A DNA stretch of 64,000 nt from an uncultured Candidatus Peribacteria bacterium (GCA_964358505.1 CAYHOS010000002.1:9561-73560), one strand, 5' to 3'. Numbered from the stretch's first letter, positions 53,449-62,158 are shown. Numbers and translations: made by a program. The notes: generated from the sequence alone by a model not told the origin.

Positions 53449-55404
53449 TCACGGGCGCTTCTGCTTCCTGCGCATTGCGGAGGCTGTCGCCTTCCGGACA
53501 GGCACGGCTTCCTCCTTCTCCGTCCGCCACCAGACGTTAATCCGCCGGTCGGGATTCGCCTGCCGGACCATGCCGCACGCCTTGCGGTGGACGATCACTT
53601 CGCCCTTGCGGGAGATGGAACCGACGATGTCTTCCCTGGCCCCTTCCTGGGGCTTGCAGCACTTGGCGAAGCGGATGGGCATGGGGACGCCCCCTTCCAC
53701 TTCGATCGAAACCAGGGACGGCCGCGCCTGCCCCACACGCCGCGGCATGTGGAGGGCGCGCACCCGCTCCAGCGCGTCAACGTGCAGGAGCATGGCTCCC
53801 GTCTTCTCCGACCCTTGCCCCACCTTGAGGAGCAGGTCCTCCCGCTCGGTGAACGGGAGCTCCCGCCCGTCGTAGAGCTTGAGGAGCGTAAGGTCGTTAT
53901 CCAGCGGCGACTGGCGCCACTTGCGGAGCTCCTCGTTGACGGCCTCGCGCCCCCGCGCCACGTACTCCTCCCGGTGCAGGGCGTACAGGTACCGCTTGAG
54001 GCGGGAGCGGGAGGAAGCCATCTTGAGGAGCTGGAGCCACTCTTCCGAAGGCTGCGGCACGCGGTGCGTGGCGATGTCCACCACGTCGCCGTTCTCCAGC
54101 TCGTACGAGAGGGGGACGATGGAGCCGTTCACGCGCGCACCCTTGAACCCCAAGCCCAAATCGGTGTGGATCTGGAACGCGAAATCCAGGGGAGTCGCCC
54201 CTTCCGGCAACTCGACGATATCCCCCTTGGGCGTGAGGACGAAGATGTGGTCGGCCAGCTGCGGTTGCGTGCCACCCCCCTCCAGCGCCTGCTGTTGGGT
54301 GAGCACCTGGTGGAGCTGCAGGCGCTGCATCGCTTGCGCCGCCGTGCCGCCCTCCTTGTAGCTCCAGTGCGCGGCGATGCCGAACTCGGCCTCGCGGTGC
54401 ATGGCGAACGTGCGCAGCTGCACCTCCACCAGCACCCCCTCTGGGACGCCGTGGAGCTTGGCGAGGGTCGTGTGGAGGCTGCGGTACCCGTTGGGCTTGG
54501 GGAAGGCGATGTAATCCTTGAAGCGGTTGGCCATGGGCACCCCCATGCGGTGGAGGAACCCGAGCGTCTGGTAGCACTCTTCCTCGGTGTGGACGAGGAC
54601 GCGCAAGCCGAAGAGGTCGGGGATGCGGTCCGCCTGCGACATGGCTTTGATGCGCATCTTATGGAAGACGCTGTACGGCTGTTTCTCCCGCGCCGTCACC
54701 TCCGCGGCGATCCCCTGCTGCGCCAGCGCGGCCTGCAGGCCCTCGGCCGCCGAGGGGAGGAACATGCCGTGTTTTTTTCGCACCTGCTGCAGCTGGACAT
54801 TGATGGCCTCCGCATCATCGGGGTACACCACGGGGAACGCCAGGGCCTCCAGACGCTGCTTGAAGGTGTGGATACCCAGGCGGGCGGCCACGGGCGCAAA
54901 CAGGTTGAGCACGTCGCGGGCGAGGTGCTTCTTCTCGTCGGGGGGGAGGAGGAAGAGATGGTCAAGCGCGTACTGCCGCTCGGCGAGCACCACCAGGATC
55001 ACCCGCACGTCGTCGCTCACGGAGACGAGCATCACGCGCAGGTCCTCCACGGAATTGCGCTTGCCGCGCATGGTGACGTGGGAGAGGAGGTGGATGCCGG
55101 AGACGAGGTGGCGCACGTCGGGGCCGAACTGCTCCTCGATCTCGGAGAGGGAGATTGCGCGCGTCTGGAGCGCATGCTGCAGGAGGCAGGCGATGATGGT
55201 GTCCTCGTCCGGCCCGAAGGGCGCCAGGAGCTGCGCCACGCCCAGCGCGTGCGCCACCAGCGGCACCTCCGTCCAGTGCTCCCTCTCCCTGTAGAGCTGC
55301 TCGGCCAGCTGGAAGGCGGATTGGAGCCTGGCTTCGTTGTACGTCACTCCGGGCCCATTGAGCTTCTTGAGCAGGGGCGCAACGGTGGAAAGCCAGAGTG
55401 ACAT
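53449..55404 (-). CDS. relA: bifunctional (p)ppGpp synthetase/hydrolase, RelA/SpoT family
   Basis: HD domain (LVAHALGVAQLL...CLLQHAL), synthetase motif GYRSLHTT, TGS domain (IFVLTPKGDIVELPEGATPLDFAF) and an ACT-like C-terminus. Confidence 0.92.
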   Translation of the reverse strand: MSLWLSTVAPLLKKLNGPGVTYNEARLQSAFQLAEQLYREREHWTEVPLVAHALGVAQLLAPFGPDEDTIIACLLQHALQTRAISLSEIEEQFGPDVRHLVSGIHLLSHVTMRGKRNSVEDLRVMLVSVSDDVRVILVVLAERQYALDHLFLLPPDEKKHLARDVLNLFAPVAARLGIHTFKQRLEALAFPVVYPDDAEAINVQLQQVRKKHGMFLPSAAEGLQAALAQQGIAAEVTAREKQPYSVFHKMRIKAMSQADRIPDLFGLRVLVHTEEECYQTLGFLHRMGVPMANRFKDYIAFPKPNGYRSLHTTLAKLHGVPEGVLVEVQLRTFAMHREAEFGIAAHWSYKEGGTAAQAMQRLQLHQVLTQQQALEGGGTQPQLADHIFVLTPKGDIVELPEGATPLDFAFQIHTDLGLGFKGARVNGSIVPLSYELENGDVVDIATHRVPQPSEEWLQLLKMASSRSRLKRYLYALHREEYVARGREAVNEELRKWRQSPLDNDLTLLKLYDGRELPFTEREDLLLKVGQGSEKTGAMLLHVDALERVRALHMPRRVGQARPSLVSIEVEGGVPMPIRFAKCCKPQEGAREDIVGSISRKGEVIVHRKACGMVRQANPDRRINVWWRTEKEEAVPVRKATASAMRRKQKRP

Positions 55405-55505
55405 GGCGATAGGAAATCGGGGGGAGACGGGCATTCTAGCATGCTCCGGAAAAGGAGAGACAGCAGAGTAGGGGCTTTTTAGAATCCCCCTGTACTCCTG
55501 TACTC

Positions 55506-55955
55506 CTATTCATCCGTATCCAGAACTATCGTGACCGGCCCGTCATTCACCAAACCCACCTCCATCATCGCCCCGAACTCCCCCGTTTGCACCTTGGGAA
55601 CACCCAGGGAGCGCAGTTTCTCCACGAAGTAGCCGTACACCCTCTTGGCCTCCTCGGGCGCCGCGGCGGCGGTGTAATCCGGCCTGCGGCCTTTCCTCAA
55701 ATCCGCCGCCAGCGTGAACTGCGAGACGACCAACGCCTCCCCGCCCACGTCCAGGAGCGACCGGTCGTTGACCTTGCCATCGGGACCATCGAACAGCCGC
55801 AAGCCCGTCACCTTCTCTGCCAGCTTCTCCGCTTCCGCGACCATGTCCCCCTTCATCACGCAGAGGAGGACCAGGTACCCCTTGCCGATCGTGCCGATGA
55901 CGGAACCGTCGACCGTGACGGATGCCCGGGAGACGCGCTGGAGGACGAGGCGCAT
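55506..55955 (-). CDS. dtd: D-aminoacyl-tRNA deacylase
   Basis: MRLVLQRVSRASVTVDG...LVVSQFTLAAD...NDGPVTIVLD. ATG confirmed at 55953-55955. Confidence 0.92.
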   Translation of the reverse strand: MRLVLQRVSRASVTVDGSVIGTIGKGYLVLLCVMKGDMVAEAEKLAEKVTGLRLFDGPDGKVNDRSLLDVGGEALVVSQFTLAADLRKGRRPDYTAAAAPEEAKRVYGYFVEKLRSLGVPKVQTGEFGAMMEVGLVNDGPVTIVLDTDE

Positions 55956-55982
55956 GGGGGGAGTATAGCGTGATGAATCCTC

Positions 55983-56010
55983 TTGACATACAAACCGAGA
56001 GGGATACACT
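55983..56010 (+). promoter_or_regulatory. promoter of the rplJ-rplL operon
   Basis: TTGACA (55983-55988), 16-nt spacer, TACACT (56005-56010). Confidence 0.6.
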
Positions 56011-56160
56011 GCCCCTGTCCGAAGACCGAGGGCACAAGGCCGCAGGCCGAAATAAGCCCCTCCGAGGAATACAGCATCGGTCACTCGGCCCCGGCTTGGT
56101 GCTTCGTGCCGTGTTCCTCGCTGGTCTCCCGGACAAAGAAGGGAGACCTTTTTTTATCCC
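56011..56160 (+). promoter_or_regulatory. rplJ leader with transcription attenuator (L10-leader-like)
   Basis: Leader of about 210 nt ahead of rplJ. It contains an intrinsic terminator at 56123-56155, the arrangement known for L10(L12)4 autoregulatory leaders. The family assignment is not verified. Confidence 0.5.
56123..56155 (+). terminator. leader terminator/attenuator upstream of rplJ
   Basis: GGTCTCCC-ggacaaagaa-GGGAGACC followed by TTTTTTT. Confidence 0.75.
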
Positions 56161-56185
56161 GCAACTTCCCCATCCTCTCATTCCC

Positions 56186-56226
56186 GAAGTCCGAAGTCCT
56201 AAGTCCTAATCCCCAATCCCTAACCC
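56186..56226 (+). repeat. six-unit heptamer array abutting the rplJ start codon (family A)
   Basis: GAAGTCC-GAAGTCC-TAAGTCC-TAATCCC-CAATCCC-TAACCC, then ATG 56227. Confidence 0.85.
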
Positions 56227-56766
56227 ATGGCCCTCACCAGAGACCAAAAGGCAGCCCAGCTCACGGACCTCAAGGACAAGCTCTCCAAGTCCCAATCCGT
56301 CATCTTCACCCACTACATCGGCCTCACCGTGGCCGAGGCGAGCGACCTGCGCAAGAAGCTCAAGGACGCCGGCGCGGAGATGAAGGTGGCCAAGAAGACG
56401 CTCATGGCGATCGCCGCCAAGGAACAGTGTTTACCGGAACTGCCGGCAACGATGATGGCCGGCCCCGTGGCATGCATCTTCAGCTACAGAGACCCCCTCA
56501 CGGGAGCGCAGGTTGCCTTTTCGTACGCCAAGGACCACCCGCAGGTGGCGTTCGTGGGCGGCTTGTTCGAAGGGAAACTCCTCTCCCAATCCGACGCCAC
56601 CACGCTGGCCAGGATCCCCGGCCGCCAGGTGCTGCTGGCGCAGTTCGCGGGCATGATCCGCTCCCCGCTCGTCTCGTTCGCGAGCATGTGCTCCTCTCCC
56701 CTCTCCGGCTTCGCCCGCGCCCTCTCCGAGAAGGCGAAGAAGATGGCCCCCACCCCAACCGCCTAA
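56227..56766 (+). CDS. rplJ: 50S ribosomal protein L10
   Basis: MALTRDQKAAQLTDLKDKLSKSQSVIFTHYIGLTVAEASDLRKKL... Confidence 0.93.
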   Translation: MALTRDQKAAQLTDLKDKLSKSQSVIFTHYIGLTVAEASDLRKKLKDAGAEMKVAKKTLMAIAAKEQCLPELPATMMAGPVACIFSYRDPLTGAQVAFSYAKDHPQVAFVGGLFEGKLLSQSDATTLARIPGRQVLLAQFAGMIRSPLVSFASMCSSPLSGFARALSEKAKKMAPTPTA

Positions 56767-56770
56767 CCTG

Positions 56771-56819
56771 TCATCCTTCATTCTACATTCTTCATTCTAC
56801 ATTCTTCATTCCCCCTCCC
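56771..56819 (+). repeat. seven-unit heptamer array upstream of rplL (family C)
   Basis: TCATCCT-TCATTCT-ACATTCT-TCATTCT-ACATTCT-TCATTCC-CCCTCCC, then catc and ATG 56824. Confidence 0.85.
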
Positions 56820-56823
56820 CATC

Positions 56824-57228
56824 ATGGCAGACGCAACCATTACCCTCGGCGCCGACGAGCAGGCGGTGATCTCCGCCCTCGAGAAGCTCAACGTTATCCA
56901 GGTCAATAACGTGGTGAAGTACATGGAAGAGACCTACGGCATTTCCGCCGCCGCCCCCGTTGCCGTTGCCGCCGCTCCCGCCGCAGGCGGAGGGGCCGCA
57001 GCCGCCGACGAGGAGAAGACCTCCTGGAACGTGGAGCTCACGGATTCCGGCGCGCAGAAGATCGCCGTGATCAAGGTGGTCCGCGAGATCACCGGCCTCC
57101 CCCTGGGCGAAGCCAAGGCCAAGGTGGATACCCCGCCCCAGGTGCTCAAGGAAGACGTGCCCACCGACGAGGCGAAGAAGATGAAGGAGAAGCTGGAGGC
57201 CGCGGGTGCGAAAGTCGCCCTCAAGTAA
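56824..57228 (+). CDS. rplL: 50S ribosomal protein L7/L12
   Basis: Ala-rich hinge followed by KIAVIKVVREITGLPLGEAKAKVD...KEKLEAAGAKVALK. Confidence 0.95.
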   Translation: MADATITLGADEQAVISALEKLNVIQVNNVVKYMEETYGISAAAPVAVAAAPAAGGGAAAADEEKTSWNVELTDSGAQKIAVIKVVREITGLPLGEAKAKVDTPPQVLKEDVPTDEAKKMKEKLEAAGAKVALK

Positions 57229-57269
57229 TCTTGTATCTGCTGAGAGCATGCTGAAGAAGTCAAAGCCAG

Positions 57270-57347
57270 CATTTGTGTCACTCCGAGCATCGTCGAGGAG
57301 CGACACAAATGCGGGTGTATGGTTCGACGGAGCTCACCATGACACCC
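57270..57347. mobile_element. intergenic double-hairpin element (family F, full-length copy)
   Basis: CATTTGTGTCACTCC-gagcatcgtcga-GGAGCGACACAAATG (57270-57311, 14 of 15 bp) followed by GGGTGTATGGT-tcgacggagctc-ACCATGACACCC (57313-57347). Confidence 0.7.
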
Positions 57348-57360
57348 TTACCATCCTCCA

Positions 57361-57389
57361 TTGACATACACACCCAATACTCCTACAGT
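57361..57389 (+). promoter_or_regulatory. promoter for the zinc-ribbon gene
   Basis: TTGACA (57361-57366), 17-nt spacer, TACAGT (57384-57389). The leader is about 75-80 nt, pyrimidine-rich and ends in a T-rich run. Confidence 0.6.
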
Positions 57390-57469
57390 CTCCCCAGCAA
57401 TTCCTTCACCCCCCGGTCAAACAGCCTGGAAGAAGGAAACTGCGACCTTTATTCTTTTTTCTTCTTTCT

Positions 57470-57760
57470 ATGGCTGACCAGCAGCTACAGTGCCGCGATT
57501 GCGGCGGTTCCTTCACCTTCACGGACGGTGAGCAGGAATTCTACAACTCCCGTGGCCTCAGCGCCCCCCAGCGCTGCAAGGACTGCCGCCAGAAGCGCAA
57601 GAACGAGCGCCTCTCCACCCGGCAGATGTACCCCGCCGTGTGCGCCAAGTGCGGCAACCAGTGCGAGGTTCCCTTCAAGCCGCGCCCCGTGGAGGAGGGC
57701 GGCAAGCCCGTCCTCTGCAAGGACTGCTTCTTCAAGGAGAAGGACGCGATGGCGTCGTAA
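57470..57760 (+). CDS. zinc-ribbon protein (two CxxC pairs x2, zf-trcl-like)
   Basis: CRDCGGSFTFTDGEQEFY...CKDCRQKRK and CAKCGNQCEVPF...CKDCF. Confidence 0.7.
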   Translation: MADQQLQCRDCGGSFTFTDGEQEFYNSRGLSAPQRCKDCRQKRKNERLSTRQMYPAVCAKCGNQCEVPFKPRPVEEGGKPVLCKDCFFKEKDAMAS

Positions 57761-57804
57761 TTCAGCTTTCAGCTCCCAGTTGTCAGCTATCGGTACGCGC
57801 AAAG

Positions 57805-57830
57805 AAAGCCCCGTCGAAAGGCGGGTTTTT
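57805..57830 (+). terminator. weak intrinsic terminator after the zinc-ribbon gene
   Basis: AAAGCCCcgtcgaaaggcGGGTTTTT has a short GC stem flanked by an A-tract and a T-tract. Confidence 0.4.
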
Positions 57831-57872
57831 CTTGTGGAAGCCAATTTCATTGAATTGACTTTCTATCAATTA

Positions 57873-58406
57873 ATGTATTATTATATCAAAGTTTCCCCCC
57901 CTCCCTTGAACTACCTGGAACAAAGAGAAAACCGCAAGGCGGAACTCTACATTTCCATCCTGGAAGCGATACCCAAACTCCAGCAATTGATCAAAGTAAG
58001 AGGAAAGGACAGCGAGGGATACGTTGTGAAGGACCGTCTATACGTCGGGAACATGCGCGTGGAACTCGTTGCCTCCTTCCTGAATCGTCTCCGATCCCTC
58101 ATGGGAGGACACGTTGCATCCAAACAACTCAAGGTGAGTGGGGTCGAGGGGAATGATATGAATGAAGTCACCCTGAGTACGTGGGAAGGCCCGAAAAGCA
58201 GCGGCATACTGTATACGGATCCGCAAGGCGTCCGACACACTGCAGTGGGAATGGAACATGTTGAGATTCTCTTGCCGGCACTGCAGAAGATCATCCGGGA
58301 GTTGGATATGCTCTTGGAAAGGCATGAGAATGAACAATACAAGATCCAGAACGTGATCCAGGAATCAGTGGCACAGAGTATGAGGGATACATTCGGTCAT
58401 CACTGA
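57873..58406 (+). CDS. hypothetical protein (177 aa), low-GC segment
   Basis: The tail of ORF 57273..58406 starting at ATG 57873. No motif recognised, and the start is uncertain (in-frame TTG at 57906). Confidence 0.45.
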   Translation: MYYYIKVSPPPLNYLEQRENRKAELYISILEAIPKLQQLIKVRGKDSEGYVVKDRLYVGNMRVELVASFLNRLRSLMGGHVASKQLKVSGVEGNDMNEVTLSTWEGPKSSGILYTDPQGVRHTAVGMEHVEILLPALQKIIRELDMLLERHENEQYKIQNVIQESVAQSMRDTFGHH

Positions 58407-58507
58407 TTGCTCATGCGACGAAAACCCTCCATCCTCGGGGGGTTCTTGTCGTTGCCGGAATGATATTCGTTTAGACGCCCCAACGCGACAACCCTACAAT
58501 GCCTCCA

Positions 58508-59254
58508 ATGGCCATGAGGACAGACCGCTATCTCGAACTCGACCTCCTCCGCACGATCGCGATCGTGATGATGGTCATCTACCACGCCGCCTTTGACCTC
58601 TCCTTCTTCTTCGAGTTGCCCCTCAACGCCCTTTCCGGCGGCTGGTTTCTTCTCCAGCGCATGACGGCCAACCTCTTCCTCCTCCTCGTGGGCGTCAGCT
58701 TCGCGGTATCGTACGGGCGGATGGAGGCGAGGGGGGCTTCACGGAGGGAAATCTTGATGAAGTATGCGCGGCGGGGAGCCTTCGTCTTCCTGTGCGGCAT
58801 GCTCGTCACCGCCGTGACGGCATACGTCGTCCCCGACGCGTACGTGCGTTTCGGGGTGCTCCACCTGATCGGCGTCTCCATCGTGCTCCTCCCCTTCCTC
58901 ATGCCGCTGCGGGAAGGGAACATCCTCGCGGCCACACTCGTCTTCTTGATCGGACGCTTCACCGGTACCGCACCCACGAATGGGTGCAGCTTGTGTGTAC
59001 TTCCGTTGGGATGGATGCCTTCGGGCTTCGTCTCGGTGGATTACTATCCCCTCTTCCCCTGGATGGCAACGATCCTCCTCGGGGTAGCGGCGGGGAATGC
59101 GTTGTACAATCGGGGATGGTTACGGTGGCATGTGAGGGAGAGCCGGTGGATGCGGATGATGACGGCGCCTGGGCGGCACGCGCTGGCGATCTACCTGATA
59201 CATCAACCGGTTCTGCTGGGAATCCTCGGGATGATATTTGGCCCGCGTGGATGA
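58508..59254 (+). CDS. DUF1624 (heparan-alpha-glucosaminide N-acetyltransferase-like) membrane protein
   Basis: RYLELDLLRTIAIVMMVIYHAAFDL... with multiple TM segments. TACAAT-gcctcca-ATG at 58508 (ORF track start is 58499). Confidence 0.75.
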   Translation: MAMRTDRYLELDLLRTIAIVMMVIYHAAFDLSFFFELPLNALSGGWFLLQRMTANLFLLLVGVSFAVSYGRMEARGASRREILMKYARRGAFVFLCGMLVTAVTAYVVPDAYVRFGVLHLIGVSIVLLPFLMPLREGNILAATLVFLIGRFTGTAPTNGCSLCVLPLGWMPSGFVSVDYYPLFPWMATILLGVAAGNALYNRGWLRWHVRESRWMRMMTAPGRHALAIYLIHQPVLLGILGMIFGPRG

Positions 59255-59306
59255 GACGCGGCATGCCGCGTCTCTACGAGGACGGCTATTCCGGCATCGA
59301 TGACTG

Positions 59307-59349
<43 letters not shown>

Positions 59350-59352
59350 CCG

Positions 59353-61038
59353 ATGTCTTTCCAGACACGTCGGATTGGCGATGCCGAGAAGCCGCCGCGC
59401 TCGTTTTCCAGGCTGCGCCACGTAGGCGGCAGCTTTACGTGGCTGCGCTACCTTTCCCCATGGCGCATTGCAGGCACGGTGGGCTTCCTCCTGGCCTCCC
59501 CCCTCCTCTACGTCCTGCACAAGCGAAAAGAACGGCAAGAACAGGCCGAAGAGCAGGAAAGGCGCACGGGGGTGCTCAAGCGCACCTTGGTCATCCTGCT
59601 GGCCGTTTTCCTGTGCCTGGCGGTGCTGGCAGGCGTGGCCAAGGCGCTCGTCGCGCTCGACGTGGTGAACGTCCGCACTATCCTGAACGTTGCCGGCGCG
59701 GACCTGCCGCGGGATGGGGACGGCTTCACGAACTTCCTCCTCCTGGGGAAGGGCGATGACGACCACGACGGCATTGATTTGACGGATACCATGATGGCGG
59801 CGAGCGTGGACCCCAAAACCAAGAGCGTGGTGCTGCTCAGCATCCCGCGCGACCTGTACGTGAAGTCCGCCGTCATGGGGGAAGGGCGCATCAACACCCT
59901 CTACCGCGATTACAAGGCTTCCCTCGTCCGCAAGCAGGGGATGACGAAGGAGGAGGCGTCCAAGCAGGCGCTCCGGGAACTGCTGCGGGAAGTGGGGCAC
60001 AAGCTGAACGTGACGCTCCACCACGCCGTGATGGTCAATTTCAGCGGCTTCGTGGACGTGGTGGACGCGCTGGGGGGGCTGGACGTGGAGGTGCCTTACG
60101 ACATCGTGGACACGCAGTACCCGGGACCGGACTGGACGTACCAGACGTTCTCCATCGGCGCGGGGCTGGCGCACTTGGACGGTGAAACGGCGCTCAAGTA
60201 CGCCCGCAGCCGCCATACCACGAGCGACTTCGGGCGCAGCGCGCGCCAGCAGCAGCTCATCCAGGCGCTGGGGGAGCGCGCGAAGAGCGTGGGCATCGCC
60301 AAGAGCCCCCGCAAGATCCTGGCGCTCCTGCGCATCCTCTCCGAAAACGTGGAGACGACGATGACCGGCCAGGAGCTCCTGGGTGCGGCCAAGCTTGGCG
60401 ACCGCATCGAGCGCTCCCGCATGGTTTCCATGCAGCTCAACGACGTGAACGGCGTGTACACCGGCTTCGTGGAAGCCGGCGGCTTCCTGTACACCCCTCC
60501 GCGCGAGGAGTTCGGGGGCGCCGCCGTGCTCCTGCCCATCTCCGCATCGGCTCTGCCGGGCAGCAGTACCGGGCTTGCCCGGCGCAGTCCCGCGGAGCGG
60601 GACGAAGACGGGTGGCGGCAGATCCGTCTCTTCTTCTCCCTGCTCACCCACACCCGCACCCTGTACCTCCAGAACCCCCGCATTGCCGTGCTCAACGCCG
60701 GCGCCAAGACGGGGTTGGCCGGGCGACTGGCAACGGAACTCATCCGCTACGGATTCACCGTGGAGAGGGCCGAGAACGCCGAACTCCCTCCCCCGCCCGA
60801 TTCCACCGCCAAGCGCGCCTCGCTGCCCGCCTCCTCCGTCTCCCCCCAAATTCCGGAAGACCCGACCGCGGCGGCCTTCTTCTCTGCCCTCCTCAACCTC
60901 CCCTCCGCTCCCCTCCCCACGGACCTGCCACTGGAACAGCAAGGCCAGGTGACGATCTTGCTGGGGGAGGACTATACTTTCCAACCCTTTCATGAATTAC
61001 TGAGGGAGCCGGGATCCCCTTCCTCCTCCGTTCCATGA
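59353..61038 (+). CDS. LytR-CpsA-Psr (LCP) family protein with LytR_C-like C-terminal domain
   Basis: N-terminal TM, FLLLGKGDDDHDGIDLTDTMMAASVDPKTKSVVLLSIPRDLYV and ETALKYARSRH. Confidence 0.88.
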   Translation: MSFQTRRIGDAEKPPRSFSRLRHVGGSFTWLRYLSPWRIAGTVGFLLASPLLYVLHKRKERQEQAEEQERRTGVLKRTLVILLAVFLCLAVLAGVAKALVALDVVNVRTILNVAGADLPRDGDGFTNFLLLGKGDDDHDGIDLTDTMMAASVDPKTKSVVLLSIPRDLYVKSAVMGEGRINTLYRDYKASLVRKQGMTKEEASKQALRELLREVGHKLNVTLHHAVMVNFSGFVDVVDALGGLDVEVPYDIVDTQYPGPDWTYQTFSIGAGLAHLDGETALKYARSRHTTSDFGRSARQQQLIQALGERAKSVGIAKSPRKILALLRILSENVETTMTGQELLGAAKLGDRIERSRMVSMQLNDVNGVYTGFVEAGGFLYTPPREEFGGAAVLLPISASALPGSSTGLARRSPAERDEDGWRQIRLFFSLLTHTRTLYLQNPRIAVLNAGAKTGLAGRLATELIRYGFTVERAENAELPPPPDSTAKRASLPASSVSPQIPEDPTAAAFFSALLNLPSAPLPTDLPLEQQGQVTILLGEDYTFQPFHELLREPGSPSSSVP

Positions 61039-61042
61039 CCCC

Positions 61043-61133
61043 CCAAGGATCAAGGACCAAGTACCCAAAACCAAGATCCAGTGACCGAACCCTGATGACA
61101 TCATTGATCATTGGTACTTGGGATTTGGTACTT
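61043..61133. repeat. inverted heptamer arrays CCAAGGA / GGTACTT (family D)
   Basis: Left: CCAAGGA-TCAAGGA-CCAAGTA-CCCAAAA-CCAAGAT-CCAGTGA (61043-61084). Right: GATCATT-GGTACTT-GGGATTT-GGTACTT (61106-61133). Confidence 0.8.
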
Positions 61134-61159
61134 GCCTCCCGCTTCCCATCGCATCCGTC

Positions 61160-62065
61160 ATGACTCCTCGAGAAATCATCGCCGAAGCCTGGGCCATCAC
61201 CAGGCGGGAGAAGCCTCTCCGCCGCTGGGGCATCGCCTCATCATTTTTGGAGACCCTCTTCGCCACCAAGCTCCTCATCTACCAGGTGTGGTTCCTCGTC
61301 TCCTACCTTCAGGGAAGGCCCATCGGCTTCTTCGATGACTTCCTGTGGCTCAGCGCGCACGTCTCCACCACGGCGCTCGTGACCATCGTCACCGTCTTCC
61401 TGGTACTCCTGGCCATCGAGTGGATCTTCCCCAACCTCGCCCGCGGCGCCATCATCGGCCTCGCGGCAAAATCCCACCGGAAGGAGGAAGTGAAGGGCGG
61501 CCTGGTGCTGGCGATCTACAACTTCTTCCCCATGCTGGGCCTCCACGAGCTCTTCGTCCTTGCCAGCCTGGCCAACACCGTCACCATCGTCTCCCTCATC
61601 CTCCGCTACATCACCGGGGACGTGAAGTTCGCCATGATCGGCTTCGTGGCGTTTTTCTGGCTCATTTCCAACGTCCTCAAGTTCATGGCCAGCTTCGCGG
61701 AGCCGGCCGTGGTGGTGAAGCGCGTGAGCATCTTCGCGGGGCTCGGCTCCAGCTTCAAGATGATCCTCAGCTACTTGAACCACGTGATGTTCCTGTGGCT
61801 CCTGCTCCTCGTCATCACCATCCGCGTGGCCTTCAACGCACTCCTCGTCCTCCTCATCCCCGCCATCGCGGTGGGCATCGGCATCCTGTTCGCGCACATC
61901 CTCTCCCCCCTCTACGCCCTCCTCATCGGCATCGGCATCGGCGTCATCCTCCTCTTCGTCGCCAGCTACTTCTTCGCCTACCTCCACGTGTTCAAGGAAG
62001 CCGTGTGGACCGTGACGTACTTCGAACTGAAGAAGCACCGGGACCTGCTGGTGATTGAGGAGTGA
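61160..62065 (+). CDS. polytopic membrane protein, function unknown
   Basis: MTPREIIAEAWAITRREKPL... followed by about 7 TM segments. Confidence 0.6.
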   Translation: MTPREIIAEAWAITRREKPLRRWGIASSFLETLFATKLLIYQVWFLVSYLQGRPIGFFDDFLWLSAHVSTTALVTIVTVFLVLLAIEWIFPNLARGAIIGLAAKSHRKEEVKGGLVLAIYNFFPMLGLHELFVLASLANTVTIVSLILRYITGDVKFAMIGFVAFFWLISNVLKFMASFAEPAVVVKRVSIFAGLGSSFKMILSYLNHVMFLWLLLLVITIRVAFNALLVLLIPAIAVGIGILFAHILSPLYALLIGIGIGVILLFVASYFFAYLHVFKEAVWTVTYFELKKHRDLLVIEE

Positions 62066-62077
62066 GGGACGAAAGAA

Positions 62078-62152
62078 CCAAGTACCAATGACCAATGACC
62101 AATCTTCGCAAGACGAATGACGGTGGTCATTGGATATTGGTCATTGGTCATT
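62078..62152. repeat. inverted heptamer arrays CCAATGA / GGTCATT forming a hairpin between convergent genes (family D)
   Basis: Left: CCAAGTA-CCAATGA-CCAATGA-CCAATCT (62078-62105). Right: GGTCATT-GGATATT-GGTCATT-GGTCATT (62125-62152), then tt. Confidence 0.85.
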
Positions 62153-62158
62153 TTCCCT

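Noticed and set aside
56186-56819. Possibility that the short tandem arrays are CRISPR arrays
   Set aside because: The units are 6-9 nt and directly adjacent with no spacers. There are no cas genes and no 25-40-nt repeats.
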